A model generated the notes under the pieces. That model searched no databases and was not told the DNA's origin. It saw only the letters and a list, made by a program, of their open reading frames with translations. Position numbers and translations under genes: made by a program. From Dehalococcoidales bacterium (lineage in GTDB: Bacteria > Chloroflexota > Dehalococcoidia > Dehalococcoidales > Fen-1064): a stretch of DNA of 60,323 nt. This document shows, in pieces, positions 31,477-42,286 of this stretch (the first letter of the stretch is position 1; each line of letters starts with the position of its first letter). The stretch covers positions 1-60,323 of the forward strand of contig JAURWL010000256.1 of assembly GCA_030654965.1 (NCBI GenBank). The letters are read 5' to 3'.

Positions 31477-33379
31477 TTTCAGCCTTCTCACGCCGGATGA
31501 CCTCTATCTTTATAACGAAGGTTCACACTTCCGCATTTATGAAAAGCTTGGGGCGCATCCCGTAGTGGTTGATGGGCAGGAAGGCACCTTTTTTGCTGTC
31601 TGGGCACCGAACGCAAAAAGTGTGTCTGTAATTGGTAGTTTCAATGAGTGGCATATCGGTCGCCATCACCTCCGGTCTTACGGCAAATCAGGTGTCTGGG
31701 GTGAATTTATTCCAGGAGTCACCAAAGGCACACTCTACAAATACCACATAATAGCGCGCGACCATGATTACAGCACAAACCGGGCTGACCCCTTCGCTTT
31801 TCTCTGTGAAATACCACCACAGACCGCCTCGGTAGTGTGGAACCTTGATTACCAGTGGGGCGATAGTGTCTGGATGGAGAACAGAAAACAGCACAATTCT
31901 TTGGGCGCGCCTATTTCCATCTATGAGTTACACTTGGGTTCCTGGCGGCGTGTACAGGAGGAAGGCAATCGAGCATTGACCTACCGCGAGCTCGCTCCTC
32001 AGCTTGCCGAACACGTTAAACGTATGGGCTTTACCCACGTAGAGCTTCTACCCGTTATGGAGCATCCGTTTTTCGGTTCGTGGGGCTACCAGACAACAGG
32101 CTATTTCGCCCCGACCAGCCGGTACGGCACACCACAGGATTTCATGTATTTGATAGACTATCTTCACCAGAACAATATCGGTGTCATTCTAGACTGGGTA
32201 CCATCGCACTTCCCGGACGATAAATATGCCCTTAGTTATTTTGACGGTACCTATCTATATGAGCACGCCGACCCCCGAAAAGGTATCCAGCCCGATTGGA
32301 ACAGTATTATCTTCAATTACGGTCGTAATGAAGTGCAGAGCTTTCTCATCAGTAGCGCCCTCTTCTGGTTGGATAAATATCATGCCGATGGTCTACGACT
32401 TGATGCCGTTGCTTCTATGCTCTATCTGGATTACTCCCGTCAGAACGGAGACTGGGTTCCTAATAAATTCGGGGGACGGGAGAATCTGGAGGCGATTAGT
32501 TTCCTCCAGAGGCTCAACCACGAGGTCTACCGGAACTATCCTGACGTGCAGACCATTGCGGAGGAATCGACCGCCTGGCCCATGGTCTCCCGCCCCACCT
32601 ATGTAGGCGGGCTTGGTTTCGGAATGAAATGGGATATGGGCTGGATGCACGATACTCTGGACTATATGTCTCGCGACCCCGTTTTCCGCAAGTATCATCA
32701 GAACCGTCTCAACTTCCGCATGCTCTATGCCTTCTCAGAAAACTTTGTCCTGCCTCTCTCTCATGATGAAATCGTTTACGGCAAAGGCTCGCTGATTAAC
32801 AAAATGCCCGGCGACTACTGGCAGAAGTTCGCGAATTTACGCCTCCTCTTCGGTTATATGTATGCGCAATCCGGAAAAAAACTCCTGTTTATGGGTAGTG
32901 AGTTCGGGCAATGGAATGAGTGGCAACATGAAGCCACTTTGGACTGGAATCTGCTCGACTTTGACAGTCACCGCCAGCTCCAGCACTGGGTAGCAGACCT
33001 GAATCAAAACTATCGCCATGAAAGTGCGCTCTATGAATTGGATTTTCAATCCGCCGGTTTTGAATGGATCGATTGTAATGACAGCGACCACAGTACCATC
33101 AGTTTCTTGCGAAAGGGGCGGGCGAAGGATGACGTGGTCCTTGTTGTCTGCAATTTTACCCCCGTGCCTCGTTTCAATTACCGGTTAGGCGTGCCCAGGG
33201 GCGGTTTCTGGAAAGAAATCTTGAATAGCGACGCGAAAGAGTATGGCGGTAGCGGTATGGGGAATTTTGGCGGCTTGACTGCCGACCACCATTCCTTCCA
33301 TGGTCGACACTATTCCCTGAATCTTACCCTACCGCCGCTGGCAATCCTGTTTCTGAAATACGGAGACCATTCTGTATGA
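31469..33379 (+). CDS. glgB: 1,4-alpha-glucan branching enzyme (GH13)
   Basis: FAVWAPNA, IYELHLGSW, SWGYQ, DWVPSHF, RLDAVASM, AEESTAWP, LSHDE. Confidence 0.96.
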   Translation: MHDFSLLTPDDLYLYNEGSHFRIYEKLGAHPVVVDGQEGTFFAVWAPNAKSVSVIGSFNEWHIGRHHLRSYGKSGVWGEFIPGVTKGTLYKYHIIARDHDYSTNRADPFAFLCEIPPQTASVVWNLDYQWGDSVWMENRKQHNSLGAPISIYELHLGSWRRVQEEGNRALTYRELAPQLAEHVKRMGFTHVELLPVMEHPFFGSWGYQTTGYFAPTSRYGTPQDFMYLIDYLHQNNIGVILDWVPSHFPDDKYALSYFDGTYLYEHADPRKGIQPDWNSIIFNYGRNEVQSFLISSALFWLDKYHADGLRLDAVASMLYLDYSRQNGDWVPNKFGGRENLEAISFLQRLNHEVYRNYPDVQTIAEESTAWPMVSRPTYVGGLGFGMKWDMGWMHDTLDYMSRDPVFRKYHQNRLNFRMLYAFSENFVLPLSHDEIVYGKGSLINKMPGDYWQKFANLRLLFGYMYAQSGKKLLFMGSEFGQWNEWQHEATLDWNLLDFDSHRQLQHWVADLNQNYRHESALYELDFQSAGFEWIDCNDSDHSTISFLRKGRAKDDVVLVVCNFTPVPRFNYRLGVPRGGFWKEILNSDAKEYGGSGMGNFGGLTADHHSFHGRHYSLNLTLPPLAILFLKYGDHSV

Positions 33380-35802
33380 ATCAATATGTATGCATTCACG
33401 GGCATTTTTACCAGCCGCCGCGGGAAAACGCATGGCTGGAAGCCATTGAGCTTCAGTCATCTGCCTATCCATATCATGATTGGAATGAACAGGTCACTGC
33501 GCAGTGTTACCTGCCAAATGCTATCTCGCGAATTATGGATAGTGAAAACCGCATTATTGAGATTGTAAACAACTACTCGAAGATAAGCTTTGATTTCGGT
33601 CCGACACTCCTTTCCTGGCTGGAAACGCAAGCGCCCGATGTCTACCACGCCATCCTTACCGCCGATAAAGAGAGTCAGAAGAACTTCTCCGGTCACGGTT
33701 CAGCGCTGGCACACGCTTATAACCACCTTATTATGCCGCTGGCAAACCATCAGGACAGATACACACAAGTAGTATGGGGAATACGAGACTTTGAGCGCCG
33801 TTTCGAGCGTCAACCAGAGGGAATGTGGCTTCCGGAGACCGCCGCCGACCTCGATACGCTGGATATAATGGCAGGGCTAGGTATTAAATACACAATCCTC
33901 GCACCACGCCAGGCGGCATGCATACGCGAAATCGGGAAGGATAACTGGCAGGATGTCAGTGAAAACACTATTGACACCACCATACCCTATGAGATTAACC
34001 TGCCTTCCGGACGGAAACTCAGTATATTTTTCTATAATGGCGCGATTGCCGCCGCCGTCGCTTTTCAGGGTCTGCTAAAAAATGGGGAGGAACTGGCGAA
34101 CCGCCTTATTCGGTCCCTGCCGGAAAACGCCGAACATCTACAACTCGCACACATCGCCACCGATGGTGAAAGCTATGGGCATCATCACCGGTTCGGAGAT
34201 ATGGCTCTGGCTTATGCGGTCCACCATATCGAGAAAAACAATCTGGCGCAAATTACCAATTACGGCGAATTTCTGGAGAAACAGCCACCTATTTACGAAG
34301 TCCAGATTCTGGAAAACACCTCATGGAGTTGTTCACACGGTGTCGAGCGGTGGCGGAGTGACTGCGGCTGTAGTGACCATTACCACCCGGGTTGGAACCA
34401 GACATGGCGCGCTCCATTGAGAGAAACGCTGGATTGGCTCAGGGATGACATCACGCCACAATTCGAAGACAAAGCACGCAAGCTTTTCAAAGACCCATGG
34501 CAAGCACGTGATGACTATATTGCAGTCATTCTTGACCGCTCACCCAAAAGCGTTGCGCAATTTCTAGAGAAGCATGCAGCTCATAAACTTGGACGGGAAG
34601 AAACTGTAACGGCATTGAAACTCATGGAACTCCAGCGTCACGCCATGCTTATGTATACAAGTTGCGGCTGGTTTTTTGACGACCTCGCGCGGATTGAATC
34701 GGTGCAAATCATCCATTACGCAGGACGTGTAGCGCAATTAGCTCAGGAACTCTTTGGAAATGCTACGGAAGATGAATTCCTGGAACGTCTGGCAATTGCC
34801 AGGAGCAATATCACTGAATATGGTGATGGCTCGCAGATTTACCGGCGTTTCGTTAAACCCACCTTCATCGACCTGAAGAAAGTCGCCGCGCATTTCGCCG
34901 TAAACTCCTTCTTTGAACAATACCCTGATACGGCACGCCTCTATTGCTATGAAGTCCGCGTTAAGGATTTTGAAGCTCAGAAATGCGGTGGGAATAGCAT
35001 CAATTTCGGACGGATAAAGGTGACCTCTCTTATTACTACCGAGTCTATGGATATGGATTTCGCGGCGCTTCTCCGTGAGGATAATACGGTGGCGGCTGGA
35101 ATCAGTTCTCCACAGACACTCAAGGTATACGAGAAGATGGTGGGGGAAATCAGCACCGCCTGTTCTATGGATGATTCACCCTGGATTGAGCTATTTCTGA
35201 AGACACATTTCCGTGATTCAATCTATACCATTAGTTCTCTCTTTCGGGATACTCAGCATAATATTCTGGAAAATGTTATGGATTCTACTCTCATGGAAAT
35301 GAAACGCCTCTATGACCCCGGATTACAATCGTATTCTTCGGTTACCCCATTAGTAGATGAAATCACCAGCCCACTCCCGGAAACATTCCGCCCTCTTGTT
35401 CAGCTTGTTCTCAATCTGGATTTACGTCATGAACTCAAGGTGGAAAGACCGGACATGAAAGCTATTCGGAAAATACTGGATGACGCACGTCTCTGGCATA
35501 TTGACCTGAACGATGAACAACATGGCATCATTTTCAGTAGAACGATGGAAAAAGCCATGAAGACTTTTGTCTCTCGTCCTGAAGACACCGCACTGATAGA
35601 TAGACTGACAGAAATGGTCGGATTAACCCGTTTTCTCCCATTTCCCACCGACCTACAGAGAGCGCAGAGTATGTACTACCTGCTCTTGAGAACCATCTAT
35701 AAAGACTTTACAGACAGAAAATTCGAGGGCGACCCGTCTGCGGCGGATTGGGTAAACAAGTTCGTGATACTTGGTGAACGACTGTCTGTAAAGGTTGACT
35801 AA
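33376..35802 (+). CDS. GH57 glycoside hydrolase with DUF3536-like region
   Basis: HGHFYQPPRE, WLPETA, ATDGESYGHH, SWSCSHGVERW, MYTSCGWFFDD. Confidence 0.88.
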   Translation: MNQYVCIHGHFYQPPRENAWLEAIELQSSAYPYHDWNEQVTAQCYLPNAISRIMDSENRIIEIVNNYSKISFDFGPTLLSWLETQAPDVYHAILTADKESQKNFSGHGSALAHAYNHLIMPLANHQDRYTQVVWGIRDFERRFERQPEGMWLPETAADLDTLDIMAGLGIKYTILAPRQAACIREIGKDNWQDVSENTIDTTIPYEINLPSGRKLSIFFYNGAIAAAVAFQGLLKNGEELANRLIRSLPENAEHLQLAHIATDGESYGHHHRFGDMALAYAVHHIEKNNLAQITNYGEFLEKQPPIYEVQILENTSWSCSHGVERWRSDCGCSDHYHPGWNQTWRAPLRETLDWLRDDITPQFEDKARKLFKDPWQARDDYIAVILDRSPKSVAQFLEKHAAHKLGREETVTALKLMELQRHAMLMYTSCGWFFDDLARIESVQIIHYAGRVAQLAQELFGNATEDEFLERLAIARSNITEYGDGSQIYRRFVKPTFIDLKKVAAHFAVNSFFEQYPDTARLYCYEVRVKDFEAQKCGGNSINFGRIKVTSLITTESMDMDFAALLREDNTVAAGISSPQTLKVYEKMVGEISTACSMDDSPWIELFLKTHFRDSIYTISSLFRDTQHNILENVMDSTLMEMKRLYDPGLQSYSSVTPLVDEITSPLPETFRPLVQLVLNLDLRHELKVERPDMKAIRKILDDARLWHIDLNDEQHGIIFSRTMEKAMKTFVSRPEDTALIDRLTEMVGLTRFLPFPTDLQRAQSMYYLLLRTIYKDFTDRKFEGDPSAADWVNKFVILGERLSVKVD

Positions 35803-35879
35803 GAAGTCGGATTCAGAGATAGTCCTGTATCGTATTTCAATACATTTCTCCCGCAAAACAAATCATTGATAATGCATAC

Positions 35880-35907
35880 TTGACATAGCGAAATTATGCT
35901 ATATAAT
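35880..35907 (+). promoter_or_regulatory. Sigma70 promoter
   Basis: TTGACA-16-TATAAT upstream of 35936. Confidence 0.6.
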
Positions 35908-35935
35908 CTTCATACAGTCGGGGATTGGTGAAGAT

Positions 35936-36400
35936 ATGAAGTCGTCAAATCGCTTTCTTTTAGGTTTTGGAATTGCCATTACTATTCTAGTTGTTATAAC
36001 TGTCACGCTGGTCGTAACAAACCGCGGTATTGCTCCCCTGCTCCCGGAGAATACCCCACAGGGCATTGTTCAGCGATTTTTATTGGCCGTCCAGGAACAT
36101 GACTTTCAAAAAGCCTACAGCTATCTCCATGTGGAAGAAAAAGGGGTAAAGCTCACCTATGACGACTGGGCACAATCAGTCACCCCTCGCTTCCAGACTT
36201 CATCAACCGCCTGGAAAGCCACCCTTGGAAAAACTGTAGTCACCGGCGATATCGCCACAGTCGAGGTTCTTATTGATATTTTTCAACCCGGCGGTCCTTT
36301 CGAAAATCCGGTGCGCACGCAAGTAGACAACTACCAGTTGAAACAGATAAGTGGCTCATGGTTGATTACCACCCGACCTTGGTTATACTGGTTCTACTAG
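35936..36400 (+). CDS. Membrane-anchored hypothetical protein (NTF2-like pattern)
   Basis: N-terminal TM, TPQGIVQRFLLAV..DFQKAYSYL, C-terminal L...GSWLI. Confidence 0.7.
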   Translation: MKSSNRFLLGFGIAITILVVITVTLVVTNRGIAPLLPENTPQGIVQRFLLAVQEHDFQKAYSYLHVEEKGVKLTYDDWAQSVTPRFQTSSTAWKATLGKTVVTGDIATVEVLIDIFQPGGPFENPVRTQVDNYQLKQISGSWLITTRPWLYWFY

Positions 36401-36416
36401 TATTAAGGAGAGTCCG

Positions 36417-38117
36417 ATGAGTGTTACCAGAAGAATCTATTTCTATCTAGTGACCTTCGTAGCACTGGTTGTCTTCGCTATCGGCATCGGCCAGCTTCTA
36501 GCGCTGTTATTCGATGTCACTTTGCGCGATTCCTCTTTGATTCTGATAGGCGGAGAAGCATTCAACATTCGGCAGTTCAGTCTCGGTCTGGCAATGATAG
36601 TAATTGCAGGACCTTTATGGTTTTTCTTCTGGCGGTCAATTCGGAAACGTGTCACCGGCAACCCCGAAGAAATCGGTTCGGCGATGCGCAAACTCTTTCT
36701 TAGCCTGATACTCGTCACCACAGCATTTAGCGGATTGGGTGCGGCAAGCGCATTTCTGAAATGGTTAATGGACGGAGTTCAACTTGCCTATTTCCCTTCC
36801 GGCGAACTTGCCACTTTGATTGTCAGCGCGGGCATCTGGTTTTATCACTGGCGTGTCTCTGGGAAAGAGGGATACCCTTCACCAGCGGCGAAAACGCTCC
36901 GGCGATGGTACGTTTATATCCTGGCAGGCTTTGGACTGGTGTGGCTGAGCGTAGGTATTGTGGATTTAATCAGCGCCGCCGTTTTAACACTCCCAGTCTG
37001 GACAGACACAGTTGTGCAAGGGCAGTTCTGGAACGATACAACCCGGATGGGGATTACCTGGATATTGCTGGGTGGCGCTACCTGGTATTTTCATTGGTTC
37101 CGTATGGCGCGGGGTGATATTGAATCGGTCTTACGGCAGGTCTACTTTTACCTGCTAGCAATATCTGGCGGCGCTATTGCCGCTCTGGTTGCACTGACCA
37201 CCACCGTCTATCAGGTCCTGAAGTGGATTTTTGGCACCGCCACGGTCTCGTCCGGTCAGCATTTCCAGTTTTTAGGATGGTCGCTCCCCACCTTACTCAT
37301 CGGTATCGCAATCTGGGGTTATCACCGGCAATTAGTGCAGGAAGAGCAAGCTCATATGGAAGAGCGACGACTCTCTGCGCAACGCGTTCATCTGTACTTG
37401 ATGTCATTTCTCGGGCTGGGGACTCTGGTTACGGGCTTGATATACCTGTTTGGCATTTTGCTGGGTCTCATCATCGGCTCGGTCAGCGCTCCCGCGGCGG
37501 GAAGTCCCGGCGGGTGGAAAGATTCGCTCAGTTTATGCCTGGCTCTACTCATGGTAGGTACGCCATTGTGGCTATATTATTGGGGTAAGGTATTGAAATT
37601 ATCAGAAACAGGCGGAGTAGTAGAGTGGCGGGCGCGCTCACGGCGTATCTTCCTTTATATTATAGTAGGAGCGGCTATCGGGACTCTCGTTGCCGACCTG
37701 GTGAATATTGTCTACCAGGTACTCAATGGACTACTTCAGGGAAACTTCGGCGTACAGGTCTTGCGTGCCATCAGGTGGAGCCTGCAGACTCTTATTGTCG
37801 CCGCACCGCTTCTATGGTATCACTGGCAGATTATCAGAAGCGACCAGCGCCGCGGGGCAGAAGTAGTGGCAGTGCAAAAAACGGTAACGCTCGTCGCCAG
37901 TGACCGCACCGGAGAACTAGCTTCTAGACTCACTCAAAAACTCGGCTACAAAATACGGGTACTGTATCCCGTAAGCTCCGCAGATGCGGAAACTGCCTTA
38001 ATCTCCGATGAGGAAATGATGCAGGCTATCACCAACGTACAGAACGCGCCTAGCACTACCGTTATGCTGGTTGCTCTCGGGGGGAAGATAATCGTGCTTC
38101 CTTACCGGGAGAAATGA
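36417..38117 (+). CDS. Multi-pass membrane protein with repeated DUF5671-like units
   Basis: Repeated R(R/Q)xY(F/L)Y...W(F/Y)(Y/F)HW helical-hairpin units. Confidence 0.7.
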   Translation: MSVTRRIYFYLVTFVALVVFAIGIGQLLALLFDVTLRDSSLILIGGEAFNIRQFSLGLAMIVIAGPLWFFFWRSIRKRVTGNPEEIGSAMRKLFLSLILVTTAFSGLGAASAFLKWLMDGVQLAYFPSGELATLIVSAGIWFYHWRVSGKEGYPSPAAKTLRRWYVYILAGFGLVWLSVGIVDLISAAVLTLPVWTDTVVQGQFWNDTTRMGITWILLGGATWYFHWFRMARGDIESVLRQVYFYLLAISGGAIAALVALTTTVYQVLKWIFGTATVSSGQHFQFLGWSLPTLLIGIAIWGYHRQLVQEEQAHMEERRLSAQRVHLYLMSFLGLGTLVTGLIYLFGILLGLIIGSVSAPAAGSPGGWKDSLSLCLALLMVGTPLWLYYWGKVLKLSETGGVVEWRARSRRIFLYIIVGAAIGTLVADLVNIVYQVLNGLLQGNFGVQVLRAIRWSLQTLIVAAPLLWYHWQIIRSDQRRGAEVVAVQKTVTLVASDRTGELASRLTQKLGYKIRVLYPVSSADAETALISDEEMMQAITNVQNAPSTTVMLVALGGKIIVLPYREK

Positions 38118-38129
38118 TGCATCTCCGCG

Positions 38130-39638
38130 CTATTTATCAGCAGCCTGTGCCAGTTTTTGATACATCTCTTTATAGAGCCTGGCAGACTTTTCCCAGGAGA
38201 AATTCTCTTTCATACCATTTTTAATCAGGGTTGTCCACAGGTCTTTCCGTTGATAGCACTCCAGAGCCCGGTCAATCACTGCCATTAAGTCAGTAGGCTC
38301 ACTCGAGCTAAAGAGAAAACCGTTGCCCCTCCCTGCTTCCGGATTAAACTCTTCAATCGTATCTTTCAGACCCCCGGTAATACGCACCACCGGCACAGTG
38401 CCATAGCGCAAGCCATACATCTGGGTTAAACCACACGGCTCATAACGGGATGGAACCAGTATGAAATCAGCGCCGGCAATAATCTTATGCACCTTGAGTT
38501 CATCAAATGCCATCTGCACACTTATCTTACCAGGGTACTTTTTTGTCATTCCTTCAAACAATTCGGTATAATACTTTTCGCCGTCACCCAGCAGGACAAA
38601 CTGAATATCCCTCTCCATAAGAGCGTTCATCGCCATCGCCACAAGATCACATCCCTTCTGGGAAGTGAGCCTCGTAACCATACCGATAAGCGGTACCGAT
38701 GGATTCTCCTGAAGCCCAAAGGCTTTCTGAAGCTCGGCTTTGCAGACAGTTTTACCTGCCAAATCATCAACGCTATAGGTATGGGCAATATTCGAATCGC
38801 TCTCCGGATTCCATACTTGATAATCAACACCATTCAGAATACCAATCAAGTCTTTTGCTTTCTCCCGGAAAACTCCTTCTAATCCAAACCCATATTCGGC
38901 CGTGGTCATTTCTTCTGCATACGTTGGACTTACTGTGGTCACACGGTCGGCAAAAACAGCGCCACCCTTAAGGAAATTGATTTTATTGAAGAACTCCAGG
39001 TATTGCGAACTAAAGAACCGCCAATCGAGGTTTAGTAGGTGCCAGTCCAGGTTCCAGAAGACACCCTGATACCCCAAATTGTGCACTGTGAAAAAGGCCT
39101 TTGTATTGGCAAGTTCCGGATATTGCTCCGGCTGTGCCTTCAGGAAAACTATGGATAACGCAGTCTGCCAGTCGTGGGCGTGAAGTATATCAGGTGGGTC
39201 GCTTCTGAGGACTTCAAGTACCGCTCGTGAGAAGAAAACAAAACGTTCGGCATTGTCCGGGTAATCGCCTTCGCTTGTGTAGTAGAGATTCTCCCGGTCG
39301 TAGTATTTAGCGGCGCGGATAAAGTAAACGGGTATTGACCGCCCTACTTTTCCTTTCAGAACAGAACCCTTTTCCATTTTGTTTGATACGGGCACAGAAA
39401 AACGGATACCGGTATCTTCTGTTGGAAAATTTCCTTTCAAAACAGACCGGTACGCTGGCATGATAAGGGAAATTTTAACACCGAGTCTTTCTAGAGCCTG
39501 AGGCAGTGAACCGAGTACATCGCCGAGTCCCCCTGTCTTGGCGAATGGGGATATTTCCGATGAAGCCATGGCAATGTGGAGAGCAGGGGATTTACCCTTC
39601 GCTCTGGGATGGGTTGCACTATCTGCTCCCATGTGCAT
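38130..39638 (-). CDS. glgA: Glycogen synthase
   Basis: KTGGLGDV, HAHDWQT, TVHNLGYQG, PSRYEPCGLTQM; SD AAAGGAGGT. Confidence 0.96.
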   Translation of the reverse strand: MHMGADSATHPRAKGKSPALHIAMASSEISPFAKTGGLGDVLGSLPQALERLGVKISLIMPAYRSVLKGNFPTEDTGIRFSVPVSNKMEKGSVLKGKVGRSIPVYFIRAAKYYDRENLYYTSEGDYPDNAERFVFFSRAVLEVLRSDPPDILHAHDWQTALSIVFLKAQPEQYPELANTKAFFTVHNLGYQGVFWNLDWHLLNLDWRFFSSQYLEFFNKINFLKGGAVFADRVTTVSPTYAEEMTTAEYGFGLEGVFREKAKDLIGILNGVDYQVWNPESDSNIAHTYSVDDLAGKTVCKAELQKAFGLQENPSVPLIGMVTRLTSQKGCDLVAMAMNALMERDIQFVLLGDGEKYYTELFEGMTKKYPGKISVQMAFDELKVHKIIAGADFILVPSRYEPCGLTQMYGLRYGTVPVVRITGGLKDTIEEFNPEAGRGNGFLFSSSEPTDLMAVIDRALECYQRKDLWTTLIKNGMKENFSWEKSARLYKEMYQKLAQAADK

Positions 39639-39831
39639 CTACCTCCTTTCTCGTTTTCAAACTGCGGGTGTAGTTATATTGTAGTCGGTGTTATGTGTTA
39701 ATTCAAGAAAAAGTCAAGACTTTGATTACGATGTACCGATGACGTAACACGCTGATTTAACTTGATTTATCTATAGTGAGAATATATAATGCAGACAATA
39801 ACTGCAATATCACAAGCCGTAAGGAGTAGCC

Positions 39832-41094
39832 ATGGACGGTGTCCTGACCATGATAATGGCGGGGGGGTTTGGGGAAAGACTACTCCCGCTCACCAAAGAC
39901 CGTTCCAAAGCGGCGGTGCCTTTTGGCGGCAAGTTCCGCATCATTGACTTCACTCTGAGCAACTGCGTCAACTCCGGCATACGTAATATCTTTGTGCTGA
40001 CACAGTACCGCTCGGAATCCCTCCACCGCCACATTCAAGAAGCCTGGGGTATCTCCAGCGCGCGACTGGGCGATTATATCTATTGTGTGCCACCCCAGCA
40101 AAAACTCGGCGCTGATTGGTACCGTGGCACTGCCGATGCCGTACGCCAGAATCTCGACCTGATTAAAAGACATGCAGTCGATACTGTTCTTGTATTATCC
40201 GGCGACCATATCTATAAAATGAATTACGGGCAGATGGTCGAGTTCCATCACGCTCAAAAAGCTCACATAACTGTTTCTGCTATCAGAGTGCGTAAGGAAG
40301 AAGCGGCCGGACAACTGGGTGTGATTGAAATAGATAATGACTCCCGAATGATTGGTTTTGAAGAAAAACCGACTAATCCCAAAACCCTTCCGTACGACCC
40401 CGATTATGCGCTGGCATCCATGGGCGTGTATGCCTTTGAAGTAAATACCTTGATAAAGTCGCTGGAAGGGAATGAAGACGACTTCGGCAAACAAATCATT
40501 CCGAAAATGCTGAACTCGGATAAGAACATCTTTGTGTACGATTTCCAAATGAAGAACAAAATCGCTGATTACGCCAGAGAGGTCGTTGATGGTAAACGGC
40601 GGCGAGTACTCGTCGAACGCACACGGGATTCCAGTTACTGGCGGGATGTCGGCACCATAGATTCCTATTATGAAGCCAGCATGGACCTCATCGGAGTCGA
40701 CCCTATCTTCAGCCTGTACGGAGAAAGATGGCCTATCCGCACCTTTACCCAGTGGCTCGCTCCCAGTAAATTTGTACTCGGTGGTATGGCATTTGAGTCG
40801 TTAATATCTTCCGGTAGTATCGTCAGCGGCGGCACGATACGAAATAGTATTATCTCACCCGGTGTGATTGTAGAGAGAGGGGCACTGGTGATAGATTCTG
40901 TCGTTTTTGACGATACAATAATTGAGCCGGATGTGAGAATTAACCGCGCCATTATTGACAAGCAATGTGTCATCGAGGCTGGTGCATCGATTGGCTATAG
41001 CCAAGAGTTAGATAAAAAGCGCGGTTTCCACGTATCCCCTGGCGGGATAGTTGTTATCCCCAAAGGAACCACAGTCAGCGCGGTTTTCCCCTAG
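39832..41094 (+). CDS. glgC: Glucose-1-phosphate adenylyltransferase
   Basis: [50 protein letters not shown]. Confidence 0.95.
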   Translation: MDGVLTMIMAGGFGERLLPLTKDRSKAAVPFGGKFRIIDFTLSNCVNSGIRNIFVLTQYRSESLHRHIQEAWGISSARLGDYIYCVPPQQKLGADWYRGTADAVRQNLDLIKRHAVDTVLVLSGDHIYKMNYGQMVEFHHAQKAHITVSAIRVRKEEAAGQLGVIEIDNDSRMIGFEEKPTNPKTLPYDPDYALASMGVYAFEVNTLIKSLEGNEDDFGKQIIPKMLNSDKNIFVYDFQMKNKIADYAREVVDGKRRRVLVERTRDSSYWRDVGTIDSYYEASMDLIGVDPIFSLYGERWPIRTFTQWLAPSKFVLGGMAFESLISSGSIVSGGTIRNSIISPGVIVERGALVIDSVVFDDTIIEPDVRINRAIIDKQCVIEAGASIGYSQELDKKRGFHVSPGGIVVIPKGTTVSAVFP

Positions 41095-41311
41095 ATAGTT
41101 CACACCCGGTTTTTCATCAGATGTCAGTCGCTTTCTATGTTTTATATTTTCCTTTATCACCCAAAACAAAATTTCTTTTCCCCAAGATTGCAATTTTATT
41201 GTCCAAAAGATTTGTTGAGAATCGTCAGAGAGCTTAAACACTCAAACTGGTGAAGAGGATTTCTCTGTAGTATAATTGACAAGCTTCAAATCTTGAACAG
41301 AAAGGAAAGAA

Positions 41312-42286
41312 ATGCCAAATATTGACATTGACCGGATTGCCGCAACCGGCAAGAAAGTCAAAGAAAACGTCGGGCTCGTAATTATCGGCAAGAGCGATGT
41401 CGTAGAACTGGCGATTATCGCCCTGCTCTGCGAAGGGCACCTGCTTATTGAGGATGTTCCCGGTATCGGCAAAACAATGCTCGCCAAATCTATCGCACGG
41501 TCGCTCGGGTGCAGTTTCCGGCGCATCCAATGCACTCCCGACCTCCTGCCTTCCGACATTACCGGCACCTATGTGTACAATCAGAAAAATTCTGATTTTG
41601 AGTTTCGTCCCGGTCCTATCATGGCGCAGATGGTGCTCGCCGACGAGATAAACCGGGCAACACCGCGCACCCAGTCCGCCCTGCTCGAAGCGATGCAGGA
41701 GCGCCAGGTCACTGCTGAAGGTGAAACAAAACTACTACCACGCCCCTTTATGCTGATGGCTACACAAAATCCCATTGAGCTTGAAGGTACTTTCCCACTA
41801 CCTGAAGCACAACTTGACCGGTTTTTACTGAAAATTAAGATAGGTTATCCCACGGCCGAGGACGACCGTCTCATTCTAGCACGATTCCGCCAAATAGACC
41901 CGCTGGAAGCGCTGAAACCTGTAGTGGATTCCGCAGAACTTCTACAATTGCAGTCGGAGACACGGAAAGTCCAGGTCACCGCTGATGTGGAGGATTATAT
42001 CATCCGTCTCGTCCAGGCTACCAGGACACACCCCGCCCTGCAGTTGGGCGCCAGCCCCCGCGCCATGCTGGCTCTCTACCATGCGTCACAAGCGTTGGCA
42101 TCTCTGAGAGGGAGAGAGTTCGTTATTCCGGATGATGTAAAGTACCTGACGCCTTTCGTATTGACTCATCGCATCATTCCCAGAATGGAAAGCCACTTGC
42201 GAGGACAGACCGCCGAACAGGCACTGGGTGAAGTGCTTGCTTCCCTAGCAGTTCCGGTTGAAGGAGATATTGGGGTAGAAAAGTGA
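41312..42286 (+). CDS. MoxR family AAA+ ATPase
   Basis: EDVPGIGKT, DLLPSD, DEINRA, ATQNPIE, LPEAQLDRF. Confidence 0.95.
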   Translation: MPNIDIDRIAATGKKVKENVGLVIIGKSDVVELAIIALLCEGHLLIEDVPGIGKTMLAKSIARSLGCSFRRIQCTPDLLPSDITGTYVYNQKNSDFEFRPGPIMAQMVLADEINRATPRTQSALLEAMQERQVTAEGETKLLPRPFMLMATQNPIELEGTFPLPEAQLDRFLLKIKIGYPTAEDDRLILARFRQIDPLEALKPVVDSAELLQLQSETRKVQVTADVEDYIIRLVQATRTHPALQLGASPRAMLALYHASQALASLRGREFVIPDDVKYLTPFVLTHRIIPRMESHLRGQTAEQALGEVLASLAVPVEGDIGVEK

